64,000 nt of DNA from Candidatus Bathyarchaeia archaeon. Lineage in GTDB: Archaea > Thermoproteota > Bathyarchaeia > Bathyarchaeales > Bathycorpusculaceae. Both the position numbers and the translations under genes were made by a program. Under the pieces are notes generated by a model, which made no database searches, had not been told where the DNA came from, and saw only the letters and a program-made list of their open reading frames with translations. The DNA lies in contig JAWBOH010000001.1 in assembly GCA_038826715.1 (NCBI GenBank), positions 2,524 through 66,523 of the forward strand, given 5' to 3'. Of this stretch, positions 43,802-53,279 are shown in pieces. The stretch's first letter is position 1, and every line of letters begins with the position of its first letter.

Positions 43802-45025
43802 TTGATACGCCAGGTTTGCATTTCATGCGGCGAAAAGTACGATGCAGATGAAATCATTTATTTGTGCAAAAAATGTGGAGATATCCTTGAAATTAGATAC
43901 GATTACGATTTTCTGAAAGATAAAATAAAGAAAAGCATCTGGCAAAGTTTACCCCTGTCCGTTTGGCGGTATAAAGATTTTATGCCCATCAGTGATACGT
44001 CAGAGATAGTCTCACTGAATGAGGGGGGAACAGGTCTTTATCGCTGCCAACGTTTAGGTGAAAAGCTGGGGATAAAGAATGTCTTTGTCAAAAATGAGGG
44101 AGAAAACCCAACAGGTTCCTTTAAGGATAGAGGCATGACTGTTGGAATAACAAAAGCGCTGGAACTTGGAGTAAAGATTGTTGCTTGCGCTTCTACAGGT
44201 AATACCTCTGCTTCTCTAGCGGCTTATGCAGCTAAAGCCGGAATTGAATGCGTGATTTTGATACCCTCAGGCGGAATTGCTTTTGGAAAACTAGCTCAAG
44301 CAATCGTTTACGGAGCAAAAGTCATACAAGTCCGCGGAAACTTTGACGACGCATTGCAAACCGTTCAAAACATTTCAGAAAAACATAAAGAAATATACTT
44401 ACTAAACTCAATTAACCCATACCGGCTTGAAGGGCAAAAAACCATTGCATATGAAATTTGCGACCAATTAAAAGGTTACACGCCTAATTGGGTTGTTGTA
44501 CCAGTCGGCAACGCTGGAAACATAAGTGCCATGTGGAAAGGATTCATAGAATTTTACAAACTTGATTTAATAGGGAATTTACCGAAAATGGCTGGGATTC
44601 AAGCTGAGGGAGCAGCACCCATAGCAAAGGCAATCAAGAATGGCGGCAACTTTATAGTACCAGTGGATAAGCCTATGACAATTGCAAGCGCTATAAGGAT
44701 AGGCAAACCGGTAAGCTGGAAAAAAGCAGTTAGAGCAATCAAAGATTCGAAAGGAACCGCTGAAGTTGTGAGCGACAATGAAATTATAGAAGCACAGAAA
44801 ATGCTTGCCAGATGCGAGGGAATATTTGTAGAGCCTGCCAGCGCTTCTTCCATTGCAGGCCTACGAAAGATGATTGAAAACAAACAAGTAGACAAAGACG
44901 AGGTTGTTGTTTGTGTGACGACAGGCCATGGATTAAAAGATCCTGATATTATCAGAATGTATGAAAGGCCCTATGAAACAGACGTTGACACTTCTTCCAT
45001 TATGAAACTTTTAAATTTGAATTGA
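43802..45025 (+). CDS. thrC: Threonine synthase (with N-terminal zinc-ribbon)
   Basis: 407 aa, TTG start. CISCGEKY...CKKCG, PLP-Lys region NPTGSFKDRG, and ASTGNTSAS. Confidence 0.9.
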   Translation: MIRQVCISCGEKYDADEIIYLCKKCGDILEIRYDYDFLKDKIKKSIWQSLPLSVWRYKDFMPISDTSEIVSLNEGGTGLYRCQRLGEKLGIKNVFVKNEGENPTGSFKDRGMTVGITKALELGVKIVACASTGNTSASLAAYAAKAGIECVILIPSGGIAFGKLAQAIVYGAKVIQVRGNFDDALQTVQNISEKHKEIYLLNSINPYRLEGQKTIAYEICDQLKGYTPNWVVVPVGNAGNISAMWKGFIEFYKLDLIGNLPKMAGIQAEGAAPIAKAIKNGGNFIVPVDKPMTIASAIRIGKPVSWKKAVRAIKDSKGTAEVVSDNEIIEAQKMLARCEGIFVEPASASSIAGLRKMIENKQVDKDEVVVCVTTGHGLKDPDIIRMYERPYETDVDTSSIMKLLNLN

Positions 45026-45035
45026 AGGGCGGTTC

Positions 45036-46067
45036 ATGAGGATAGTCCTTGTAGGTTTTGGAACCGTGGGACGGAGCCTTGCCAAAATATTTTTAAGCCG
45101 CAAAGATGAGCTTTTCAAACTCTACGGTTTCCGTCCAAGGGTTGTCGCCATAGCAGATAGTGCTGGAGTCGCCATAAACCCGAAAGGATTAGATCTGGAG
45201 AAAATGTTAATGTTGAAGGCGAAAAAAGGAACAGTGGCAGCTGACCCTGCCTATGGGCATCTAGAAATGCTTGCTTTGGATGCTATCGAATCTGTGGAGG
45301 CTGAGGCAGTAGTTGAAGTTTCACCAACCAATATTCAAGATGGAGAGCCGGCCATGTCGCATATAAAGAAAGCATTTAAAGCTGGGAAGCACGTTGTAAC
45401 TGCAAATAAGGGTCCTCTTGCCATCGCGCTGCCGGCTCTGACAGAGTTGGCTGAACACAACAAAGTTCACTTCAGGTTTAGCGCGTCTGTGGGAGCCAGC
45501 ACTCCTTTTCTGGAATTTGCAAAAAGATGCCTTTTCGGCGACAGAATCCTATCTATTAGAGGAATATTAAATGGAACTACAAACTATATTCTCACAGAGA
45601 TGTCTGAGAAGCGGATGCCTTTTGAGGCAGCGCTTCAAAAGGCTAAAGAGTTGGGATATGCTGAAGCTGACCCGTTCATGGACATTGAGGGAGTGGATAC
45701 AGCGTGCAAAATAGTGATATTAGCAAATTGGGTTATGAACAGAAAGGTTACCTTAAAAGACGTAAGCATTAAAGGCATAAAGAACGTTGATTTGGAAGAC
45801 ATCGAGAAGGCTTCCCAGGAGAACTGCGCCATAAAGCTTTTAGGATCCGTTAACGGCGGATTGAAGGTTAAACCTGAAAAACTGCCTAGAGACAGCCCCT
45901 TAGCTGTGAGTGGAACATTAAACGCTGTTACTTTTACCTTAGAATTTGCAGGCGAACAAACTGTTATAGGACACGGAGCAGGAGGAGTTGAAACTGCCAG
46001 CGCTTTATTAAGGGATCTCCTAGACATTAAACAGAAACTTTCGGCAAAAATTTGGCTGGAAACTTGA
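45036..46067 (+). CDS. hom: Homoserine dehydrogenase
   Basis: 343 aa. Motifs VGFGTVGRS, VTANKGP, ILNGTTNYIL, AEADP..DIEG.DTA.K. Confidence 0.9.
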   Translation: MRIVLVGFGTVGRSLAKIFLSRKDELFKLYGFRPRVVAIADSAGVAINPKGLDLEKMLMLKAKKGTVAADPAYGHLEMLALDAIESVEAEAVVEVSPTNIQDGEPAMSHIKKAFKAGKHVVTANKGPLAIALPALTELAEHNKVHFRFSASVGASTPFLEFAKRCLFGDRILSIRGILNGTTNYILTEMSEKRMPFEAALQKAKELGYAEADPFMDIEGVDTACKIVILANWVMNRKVTLKDVSIKGIKNVDLEDIEKASQENCAIKLLGSVNGGLKVKPEKLPRDSPLAVSGTLNAVTFTLEFAGEQTVIGHGAGGVETASALLRDLLDIKQKLSAKIWLET

Positions 46068-46080
46068 AGGTGAAGGCTAT

Positions 46081-47487
46081 ATGAAGATCGTTATGAAATT
46101 CGGCGGAACATGTGTTGCAAACGGTGAAAATTTACGGCGCATAGCAAATATTATAGCCTCTCACGTCCGTAAAGGTTGCAAAATAGTTGCTGTTGTTTCA
46201 GCCTTAGACGGTGTCACTGAAGAACTCGCTAAAGCAGCTGAGCTAGCTGAAAAGGGCGATAAAAGTTATATTCAGCCTTTTAAGCAAAGGCTTATGATAA
46301 AGCACGTTGAACTCGTTAATGAAGCCATTAAGAAAATCTCTGTTAAGAAAGAAGTCCTTCGGGCGGTAAACTTAACTCTAGGTGATCTCGAGAAAGTGTT
46401 AACTGGAATATTATACCTTGGAGAGCTTACTCCAAGATCTAAAGATTATATTTTGTCTTTCGGCGAGCGGCTTTCAACTCCAATAGTTTATGGAGCTTTA
46501 AAAGACTTGGAAGTTAAAGCTCGTTACTTCACAGGCTGGGAGGCAGGGATAGTTACAGACGCAAATTATGGACAAGCATCTCCCCTTCTTAACGTGACAT
46601 ACGTTCAGGTTAGGGAACGACTGGAGCCTATACTGGATGAAGGCGTGGTTCCAGTGGTCACAGGATTTATAGCTGCAACCCAAGACGGCGTCATTACAAC
46701 CCTGGGCCGTGGCGGGTCAGACTACACTGCCACCCTTCTGGGTGCTGCGTTAGGAGCAGAAGAAGTTTGGATGTGGACAGATGTTGATGGACTCATGACT
46801 GCTGACCCGAAAATAGTTTCAAAAGCCAAAACACTGCCGGAAATATCATTTCATGAAGCTTTGGAAATGGCTGTTTTCGGCGCGAAAGCCATGCATCCGC
46901 GAGCGTTAGAACCGCTTAGAGAAGGCAACACGCTTGTTAGAATAAAGAACATTTTCAACCCTGATGGTGTTGGAACAAAGTTAGTGAAGGAGCAAAAGAT
47001 CAGATCTGGGGCAACTGTAAAGGCTGTGGCGACTCTTAGAGATGTGGGACTTGTTAACATAAGTGGTGCAGGCATGGTTGGCGCTCCAGGAACAGCCGCA
47101 AAAGTATTTGATGTTTTAGGAAAGAGCGGCATCAATGTTTTGATGATTTCGCAGGGAGCTTCTGAAGCTAACATCTCAATAGTTGTCCGCAGGAATGTTT
47201 TAGAAAAGGCTGTTAACGCATTGGAGGTTTCTCTTCTTGGCAAAGGTTTGATAAGCGAGGTAAGTTCAGAAGATGATGTGTGCATAGTTTCAGCGTTCGG
47301 TGCCGGTATGAGAAACACTCCCGGGATAGCTTCTAGACTGTTCACTGCAGTTGCCAGCAAAGGGATAAACGTACGAATGATCGCTCAAGGATCATCAGAA
47401 TTAAATATATCTTTTGTCGTTAAAGACAGCGATGGAGCAGAAGCCGTCAGGGCGATTCATGAAGAATTTAGACTTCATGAAAGCTAA
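46081..47487 (+). CDS. lysC: Aspartate kinase with two C-terminal ACT domains
   Basis: 468 aa. Motifs VMKFGGT, VVSA, TLGRGGSDYTA, WTDVDGLMTADP. Confidence 0.9.
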   Translation: MKIVMKFGGTCVANGENLRRIANIIASHVRKGCKIVAVVSALDGVTEELAKAAELAEKGDKSYIQPFKQRLMIKHVELVNEAIKKISVKKEVLRAVNLTLGDLEKVLTGILYLGELTPRSKDYILSFGERLSTPIVYGALKDLEVKARYFTGWEAGIVTDANYGQASPLLNVTYVQVRERLEPILDEGVVPVVTGFIAATQDGVITTLGRGGSDYTATLLGAALGAEEVWMWTDVDGLMTADPKIVSKAKTLPEISFHEALEMAVFGAKAMHPRALEPLREGNTLVRIKNIFNPDGVGTKLVKEQKIRSGATVKAVATLRDVGLVNISGAGMVGAPGTAAKVFDVLGKSGINVLMISQGASEANISIVVRRNVLEKAVNALEVSLLGKGLISEVSSEDDVCIVSAFGAGMRNTPGIASRLFTAVASKGINVRMIAQGSSELNISFVVKDSDGAEAVRAIHEEFRLHES

Positions 47488-47508
47488 ATGTGCAAGGCGT
47501 TGATCTTC

Positions 47509-48216
47509 TCAATTTTTTATTTTAATGAGTTTAGGAATGTAGCCGCCGGTTCCAATGAGGTCTCTATAGATTACGAGGACACCTTTAACGCCTTCAATGC
47601 TCATGGCTAATTCCACTCCACTTTTCACAGCGTCACAGCGGTTGTTTCCTTTCACAATGTTTCCTGCAGCTGTAGCCGCTGCGTCTGCCAGTCCAGCGTT
47701 GCTTGCAAAAACTGTTACGGCGTCTGCTTGTCCAAAACTTAATGCGTGACTAAACATTCCGGAACTTGTTGCTGCACCGATAGGGAAATTGTCCAATTTG
47801 AAGCCGAAGTTTTTTGAAAGGGGATTATCCCCTGCGAGAAGTGCAACATAGATAGGCTGGTTAGAGTATGCTGAAACTTCTCCACCGTTTTCGACAACAG
47901 CTACTTTGCTACCGCTTGAAACCATTTTCTCTACTGCAAGATCAGCAAGCACACCTGCTACAGCGGCCATGGGACCTACGCCGGCTCTCTCTGCATATTC
48001 AGCCATCAGCTTAACTACTTTCGGTCCATCTTCAACGTGAATTGGTTCGAGGGAGTAGAGAAACTTTGGATGTTTTTGCAAATACTCTTCAAGCTGCTTT
48101 CTACAATGTTCAATTGTGGCGGTAGCTACATCTATGAAATGTTCACTGTCTGAAATTATTGTACATGCGGTTTCTTTCAGTTGGAATTTTTTCTTAAACA
48201 AGCCTTTCGTTTTCAT
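47509..48216 (-). CDS. UPF0280 / COG2122 ApbE-like protein (sulfide-assimilation-associated)
   Basis: 235 aa. GVGPMAAVAG...ADL, VENGGE and a Gly/Ala-rich core, as in the COG2122 proteins that cluster with COG1900 genes in methanogens. Confidence 0.65.
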   Translation of the reverse strand: MKTKGLFKKKFQLKETACTIISDSEHFIDVATATIEHCRKQLEEYLQKHPKFLYSLEPIHVEDGPKVVKLMAEYAERAGVGPMAAVAGVLADLAVEKMVSSGSKVAVVENGGEVSAYSNQPIYVALLAGDNPLSKNFGFKLDNFPIGAATSSGMFSHALSFGQADAVTVFASNAGLADAAATAAGNIVKGNNRCDAVKSGVELAMSIEGVKGVLVIYRDLIGTGGYIPKLIKIKN

Positions 48217-48631
48217 TTTTTAACCCTAAAGCTTCTTGCCCCCTTGCAAGCCTGATTACTCTTGCTGGGCAAACATCGACACATAGTCCGCAAGGACTGC
48301 CAATGCATTTCTCCATGTCGAATTGTACCGAAAAATCTTCTTTAATGGTTATTGCCGTTACAGGGCAAAGTGAAAAGCATGCACCGCAATGAAGGCAGTT
48401 TTCCTGGTCTACTTCTATCAACTTTGGAAATGTTACGTTTACGCCTTTCTCTCTGAATGCTTTGACAGCCTTATCTACGTGTGCTGCAGGAACATCTGCT
48501 AAGACTTGGCCTCCACGGAAATCTACATGAGCAGCTATTATGTTAAGCATTATAGCCTGCTGAAGAATTACCTGTGCAATTATAGGTTTATCAACGATCT
48601 CCTGTGGGAATTCAAGGAGAACTCTAACCAT
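48194..48631 (-). CDS. NIL domain + 2x[4Fe-4S] ferredoxin protein (homocysteine-synthesis partner)
   Basis: 145 aa. N-terminal NIL-like domain, then CLHCGACFSLCP and C..PCGLCVDVCP. Confidence 0.8.
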   Translation of the reverse strand: MVRVLLEFPQEIVDKPIIAQVILQQAIMLNIIAAHVDFRGGQVLADVPAAHVDKAVKAFREKGVNVTFPKLIEVDQENCLHCGACFSLCPVTAITIKEDFSVQFDMEKCIGSPCGLCVDVCPARVIRLARGQEALGLKNENERLV

Positions 48632-50129
48632 TGCGGCTCCTCCCTAGAAGTTTGGCAACGTCCTCTGAGGTTATTATTCCAAGGACTCTTCTATGCTTGC
48701 TTACCACCGGCAACGCGGATACTTGATGTTGAGCCATTTTTCTCGACGCTGCCTCTAAAGGTTCTTCCATGTATGTGGTTATGACCTTTCTCGTGATTAT
48801 TTCTGTAAGCCTTTTTTTACCTTCAGCAACCGCCCTCGTTATGTCCCACGATGTCACTATTCCCGTCAATTTTTCTTCTTTGTCAGTAACTACCACATGA
48901 TTTACCGAGTGGCTTATTATCCGTTTGGCGACGTCCTCAATTTTTTCTTCCTCAGTGCATGTAACCGCAGGGTGAACCACGTCTTTAACGTAAACAACGC
49001 CTTCCGCTTGCCTCATAGGCTTGAATTCAGTGTCTCGTGGAAGTCTTTCAACCGGTTCCGTCAAATAGAATAAGCCCTCTTCAATCCAATCCTTTAGTTT
49101 TTCAGCTATTTCCATGGCCGTTTTTATACTTGATAATGAACTAACCTTGACTTTTCTCTCGCCAATCGTTATTGAACCCAGCTTAAGCTCTCTATAGCTT
49201 ACCATCCCAAGTTGGGGGCGGTCTCTCATGGGAACGCCATAGTCAACTATTGGGACAAGAATTTCTTCATCCTTAACCCCAGTCTTTTTTGCAAGGCCGA
49301 TATTAAGTATTGGTATTGGTATTCCTATGCCAACATACATAGTTGTTCCATATTTTGTGAAAGCTGCCCCTCTAATGTACTTCTGGTTCATATTCTTGCA
49401 GTTTCCCCTAACCATAAGAGTTCCTGAACTGCTTTTTGGGTTGTGTTGAGTGCCTTCACCGATGACGTATCCTTGAGTGCCTCCAACAAAAATTCGAGTG
49501 CCTATGCCAATGGTCTCGTAATCAGGATCGTTCATAAGCGGGTTTAAGGCTCCTGAACCTGAAAAGGTTGCGTTACCAAATCTTGGCAGGAGCTTACCCA
49601 TATAGGTGTAAATGGTTTCGTTTCTACTGTTTGTGGCGCAAACATAACGCTGGTAACAGTTCCTGAAATTTACTAGGTAAAACTGGTTTAAATCATTCTT
49701 GGTTATTGTCGTTTTTAAATGTGTTCTTGGGTAGCAGTCTGTTCCATAAGCAGTGGCCCTTAACTCAACCTCTTTACCACTTATCAAGTCTTCTATAACG
49801 TGGCCGCCGCCGTATTCAAAAGGTTTCGTTTCAGACATTTGCGTAGCGCCTATGTAAAGGTCTACAGCTGCGCCTGGATGGCAAACCGGAACATCGTTTA
49901 TCCAGGCATTTTGAATTTTGATAGGTGGATCTGAATGCCCAATATTTATTACTGCCCCTGAGGAGCACATGGCCCCAAAAGTTCCGGTTGTTACTACGTC
50001 AACTTCTTTGTATGCGACTTCGACGCCGCTTTTTTCCACAAGTTTTTTCATCTCTTCAGCTGTTAAAACTTGAACATCGCCTTTCTTTATATTCTCGTTA
50101 ATTTCTTTTATTGTTCGTTCTTTCTGCAT
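48624..50129 (-). CDS. COG1900-domain homocysteine biosynthesis protein with C-terminal CBS pair
   Basis: 501 aa. The N-terminal ~380 aa are COG1900-like (KTIKEINENIKKG..VLTAEE..., GTFG, CHPGA). The C-terminus has two CBS motifs (VVTDKEEKLTGIVTSWDI and ALPVVSKHRRVLGIITSEDV). Confidence 0.8.
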   Translation of the reverse strand: MQKERTIKEINENIKKGDVQVLTAEEMKKLVEKSGVEVAYKEVDVVTTGTFGAMCSSGAVINIGHSDPPIKIQNAWINDVPVCHPGAAVDLYIGATQMSETKPFEYGGGHVIEDLISGKEVELRATAYGTDCYPRTHLKTTITKNDLNQFYLVNFRNCYQRYVCATNSRNETIYTYMGKLLPRFGNATFSGSGALNPLMNDPDYETIGIGTRIFVGGTQGYVIGEGTQHNPKSSSGTLMVRGNCKNMNQKYIRGAAFTKYGTTMYVGIGIPIPILNIGLAKKTGVKDEEILVPIVDYGVPMRDRPQLGMVSYRELKLGSITIGERKVKVSSLSSIKTAMEIAEKLKDWIEEGLFYLTEPVERLPRDTEFKPMRQAEGVVYVKDVVHPAVTCTEEEKIEDVAKRIISHSVNHVVVTDKEEKLTGIVTSWDITRAVAEGKKRLTEIITRKVITTYMEEPLEAASRKMAQHQVSALPVVSKHRRVLGIITSEDVAKLLGRSRNG

Positions 50130-50244
50130 TCTCAGAGTCCTCTTAACGCACTATGGTTGTCAGAGAAACTTGATTCTGACTTTAATAGATTTCTGAAAAT
50201 TTTATTCCAAAAAGAATTTAAATAAAACCGTCTGAAGGTATGAT

Positions 50245-50802
50245 GTGTTGCCGTCTATTGAAGAAATTTCGAAAAAAAGAAAGATGTTTGGGTTAACACA
50301 AAAAGAACTTGCTAGGTTAGCTGGTGTGAGCCAGTCTTTCATTGCAAAACTGGAGTCAAATAAGATAAACCCCTCATATGACAAGGTTAAGGCGGTTTTT
50401 GACGCGCTTGAAAGTTTGGAAATGCGAATTGAGCTTCACGCCAAAGATGTAATCCACGAAAACGTTATCGGAGTTCAGAAAAGCGATCCAGTGTCGAAAG
50501 CTGTTAAGTTGATGATAGAGCATGGCTTTTCACAACTTCCTGTGTTTGATGGAGGCAATGTTGTCGGCAGTGTTTCAGAGAAAACCGTTTTGGAACATAT
50601 AAGAAGCGGGAAGGATTCCGCTGAAGTTTCAAGAATGCTTGTAAATGAAGTTATGGAGGAAGAATTTCCCCAGGTTGGGAAGAAAACTCCGCTTAGAGTG
50701 ATTTCAAACCTTTTGCAGGTTTACCCGGCGGTTCTAATTTCTGACAAGGGGAAAATTGTCGGCATAATAACTAAGGCTGACCTTTTGAAGGTGCTACTCT
50801 GA
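50245..50802 (+). CDS. XRE-type HTH transcription regulator with C-terminal CBS pair
   Basis: 185 aa, GTG start. [25 protein letters not shown], then two CBS motifs ([16 protein letters not shown] and [18 protein letters not shown]). Confidence 0.8.
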   Translation: MLPSIEEISKKRKMFGLTQKELARLAGVSQSFIAKLESNKINPSYDKVKAVFDALESLEMRIELHAKDVIHENVIGVQKSDPVSKAVKLMIEHGFSQLPVFDGGNVVGSVSEKTVLEHIRSGKDSAEVSRMLVNEVMEEEFPQVGKKTPLRVISNLLQVYPAVLISDKGKIVGIITKADLLKVLL

Positions 50803-51141
50803 TTTACCGCTTAGTCTATTGTGGAAGCATGTTCTATGTCCCGTGTGGCAAGCATTACCAGTCTGTTCAACCAGGAACAGAAGCGTGTCACCGTCACAGT
50901 CTACTAAGATATCCAAAATTTTCTGAGTGTTTCCGGAAGTCTCGCCTTTCATCCAGATTTTCTGTCTAGACCTGCTCCAATAGTGGGCGTAGCCTGTCTC
51001 TAAGGTTTTTTTTAAAGATTCAATATTGGCATATGCCAACATGAGAACTTCCTTAGTTTTAAAGTCCTGAGCTATTACTGGGATAAGAGTGTTGCCTTTT
51101 CCGAAATCCAGTTTTTGGATGTCAATTTTTCTCATGGTCAA
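50794..51141 (-). CDS. hisI: Phosphoribosyl-AMP cyclohydrolase (monofunctional HisI)
   Basis: 115 aa. Motifs IPVIAQD, YWSRSR...[20 protein letters not shown]. Confidence 0.9.
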   Translation of the reverse strand: MTMRKIDIQKLDFGKGNTLIPVIAQDFKTKEVLMLAYANIESLKKTLETGYAHYWSRSRQKIWMKGETSGNTQKILDILVDCDGDTLLFLVEQTGNACHTGHRTCFHNRLSGKSE

Positions 51142-51944
51142 AGGCGCACGTTCACCCCCTTTTCCTTCAAGAATCTCTTAACAACTGGAATAGGGTACTT
51201 ATAATAATGAAAGACAGAAGCTGCGAGGGCAGCATCAGCCTTGCCGATAGAAAATACATCGAAGAAATGTTCTGGTTTACCTGCGCCTCCACTTGCTATA
51301 ACTGGGATTTTAACTCTTTCAGAGATGCTTCGAGTTAATTCTAAGTCATATCCATTTTCTGTTCCATCCCTATCCATAGAAGTGACGAGAAGTTCTCCCG
51401 CACCCAGTTCATCAGCCCTCATAGCCCAACGAATCGCATCTATACCTGTGGCTTTGCGCCCTCCGTACGTGTAAACTTCAAACCAGCATGGTCCATCGTT
51501 TGTCTCCACCACTAATTTGTTTTCCGCCTTTTCATAACGTCTTTTAGCATCTATAGCGACGACTACACATTGTTCTCCAAAGGTTTTTGCAAGCTCTTTA
51601 ATTAAAAGCGGGTTTTCAACAGCTGCCGTGTTAACTGACACTTTGTCGGCACCGCTGCAGAGCACCAGCCTTGTATCTGAAACGTTACCTATCCCCCCTC
51701 CCACTGTAAAAGGGATATTTATTTCTGCAGCAACCTTTTCCACGGTTTCCCTCAGTATTTTCCTCTTTTCAGAAGAGGCTGTGATGTCGAGAAAAACCAG
51801 TTCATCAGCTCCTTCATCAGAGTAACGTTTTGCAAGCTCGACAGGGTCACCTGCATTTTTCAGGTTTATGAAATGCGTTCCTTTAACAACCTTTCCATGG
51901 TCCACATCTAAACATGGGATGATACGTTTTGCTAAGGGCATCAA
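51138..51944 (-). CDS. hisF: Imidazole glycerol phosphate synthase cyclase subunit
   Basis: 268 aa. Motifs [30 protein letters not shown]. 4-nt overlaps with hisA and hisI. Confidence 0.95.
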   Translation of the reverse strand: MMPLAKRIIPCLDVDHGKVVKGTHFINLKNAGDPVELAKRYSDEGADELVFLDITASSEKRKILRETVEKVAAEINIPFTVGGGIGNVSDTRLVLCSGADKVSVNTAAVENPLLIKELAKTFGEQCVVVAIDAKRRYEKAENKLVVETNDGPCWFEVYTYGGRKATGIDAIRWAMRADELGAGELLVTSMDRDGTENGYDLELTRSISERVKIPVIASGGAGKPEHFFDVFSIGKADAALAASVFHYYKYPIPVVKRFLKEKGVNVRL

Positions 51945-52669
51945 GTTTCCGTCTCCTTAACGATTTTTAACGCTTCTTTTAAAGTAAATATGCCTTCATA
52001 CAAGGCTTTCCCTATTACCACGCCGTGAACACCTATCTGCTTCAGAACAGCTAAATCTTTTAGGCTGCCAACGCCGCCTGCTGCAATTATTCGTGCCTCT
52101 TGACAAGCGCACGCTTGTCTTAAAACGTCCACGTCTACCCCTCCAAAAGTTCCATCCCTGCTTATCGAAGTCACTAAGAAAGTTTTAACTTGAAATTCTA
52201 AAAACCTTTTCAAGGCGTTCTTCACTTCCAGTTCAACTGGCTTTCTCCAGCCTTCAACCATTACCTTGCCATTTAAATGATCCAGGGCTATGATGATGCA
52301 GTCGCCGAATTTTTTTCTAATGCTTTCTATGACATCTGGTTTTCTGAACGCTAAAGTCCCAAGTATGATGTTGTCTACCCCCATGTTCAGTAAGGTTTCA
52401 GCCATCTGTATGCTTCTTATTCCCCCTCCAACATGCAAAGGCAGATTTACCCTTTTAACTATTTCAGATATTGTTGCAATGTTGTTTCCACTGCCAAATG
52501 CGGCGTCCAGATCCACTATATGAATGGCGTCAGCACCGTTTTCCTCCCACTTTTTGGCTATTGCCACGGGTTCCCCTAGATAATCGTAGGTTTTAGCGGT
52601 TTCCGGGTCTCCTTTAAAAAGCCTTACAACTTTGCCATTCATTAAGTCTATCGCTGGAAATATTCTCAC
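51941..52669 (-). CDS. hisA: ProFAR isomerase
   Basis: 242 aa, GTG start preceded by AGGTGAT. Motifs [33 protein letters not shown]. Confidence 0.95.
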   Translation of the reverse strand: MRIFPAIDLMNGKVVRLFKGDPETAKTYDYLGEPVAIAKKWEENGADAIHIVDLDAAFGSGNNIATISEIVKRVNLPLHVGGGIRSIQMAETLLNMGVDNIILGTLAFRKPDVIESIRKKFGDCIIIALDHLNGKVMVEGWRKPVELEVKNALKRFLEFQVKTFLVTSISRDGTFGGVDVDVLRQACACQEARIIAAGGVGSLKDLAVLKQIGVHGVVIGKALYEGIFTLKEALKIVKETET

Positions 52670-52673
52670 GGTA

Positions 52674-53279
52674 TCACCTTTTCACAAATTTTAAGAAGTT
52701 TTCCAGAAACTTTAATCCTTGGACGCCCGACTTTTCAGGATGAAATTGTACACCGTAAATATTTTGTTTTGAAACAGCTGACGCGAACGGAATTCCGTAA
52801 AAAGTTTCAGCACATATTAAACTTTTATCGGTTGGAACTGGAACGTATGAGTGAGCAAAATAGAAGTAAGACTCGTTTTCCAAGCCTTCAAAAAGCCAAT
52901 TTTGCCTAACTATTCGAATGGTGTTCCATCCCATGTGGGGAACTTTAACAGAGTTTGGCAACTGAACGTTTTCGCCTTCAAGCAGCGCCAAGCCTTCACC
53001 TGTGCCTTCTTCACTTTTTTGGAATAGTAGTTGCATGCCTAAACATATGCCTATAACTGGAACACCGCCTTTAGCCAGCTCAATCAAGCAGTCTTTAATT
53101 GGATTTATGTTTTCAGAAGCTGTTGAAAAGTCTCCCACACCTGGAAGAATTATAGCTTCCGCTTGCTTTAGCTGCCTTTTTGAAATTCCAAGTGTTGTGC
53201 TGAAGCCTACTTTGTCCAATGCATGTTTGATGCTGAAAAGGTTTCCAACACCGTAGTCGACAACGAGCGCCTTGGGAAT
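52674..53279 (-). CDS. hisH: Imidazole glycerol phosphate synthase glutaminase subunit; apparent ATT start
   Basis: Catalytic GICLGMQLL and HSY/FHPEKS are present. The conserved N-terminal strand (IPKALVVDYGVGNLFS) lies upstream of the first canonical start (TTG 53219) and directly follows the hisB TAG in frame. The only candidate initiator is ATT 53279-53277. Confidence 0.75.
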   Translation of the reverse strand: MPKALVVDYGVGNLFSIKHALDKVGFSTTLGISKRQLKQAEAIILPGVGDFSTASENINPIKDCLIELAKGGVPVIGICLGMQLLFQKSEEGTGEGLALLEGENVQLPNSVKVPHMGWNTIRIVRQNWLFEGLENESYFYFAHSYVPVPTDKSLICAETFYGIPFASAVSKQNIYGVQFHPEKSGVQGLKFLENFLKFVKR

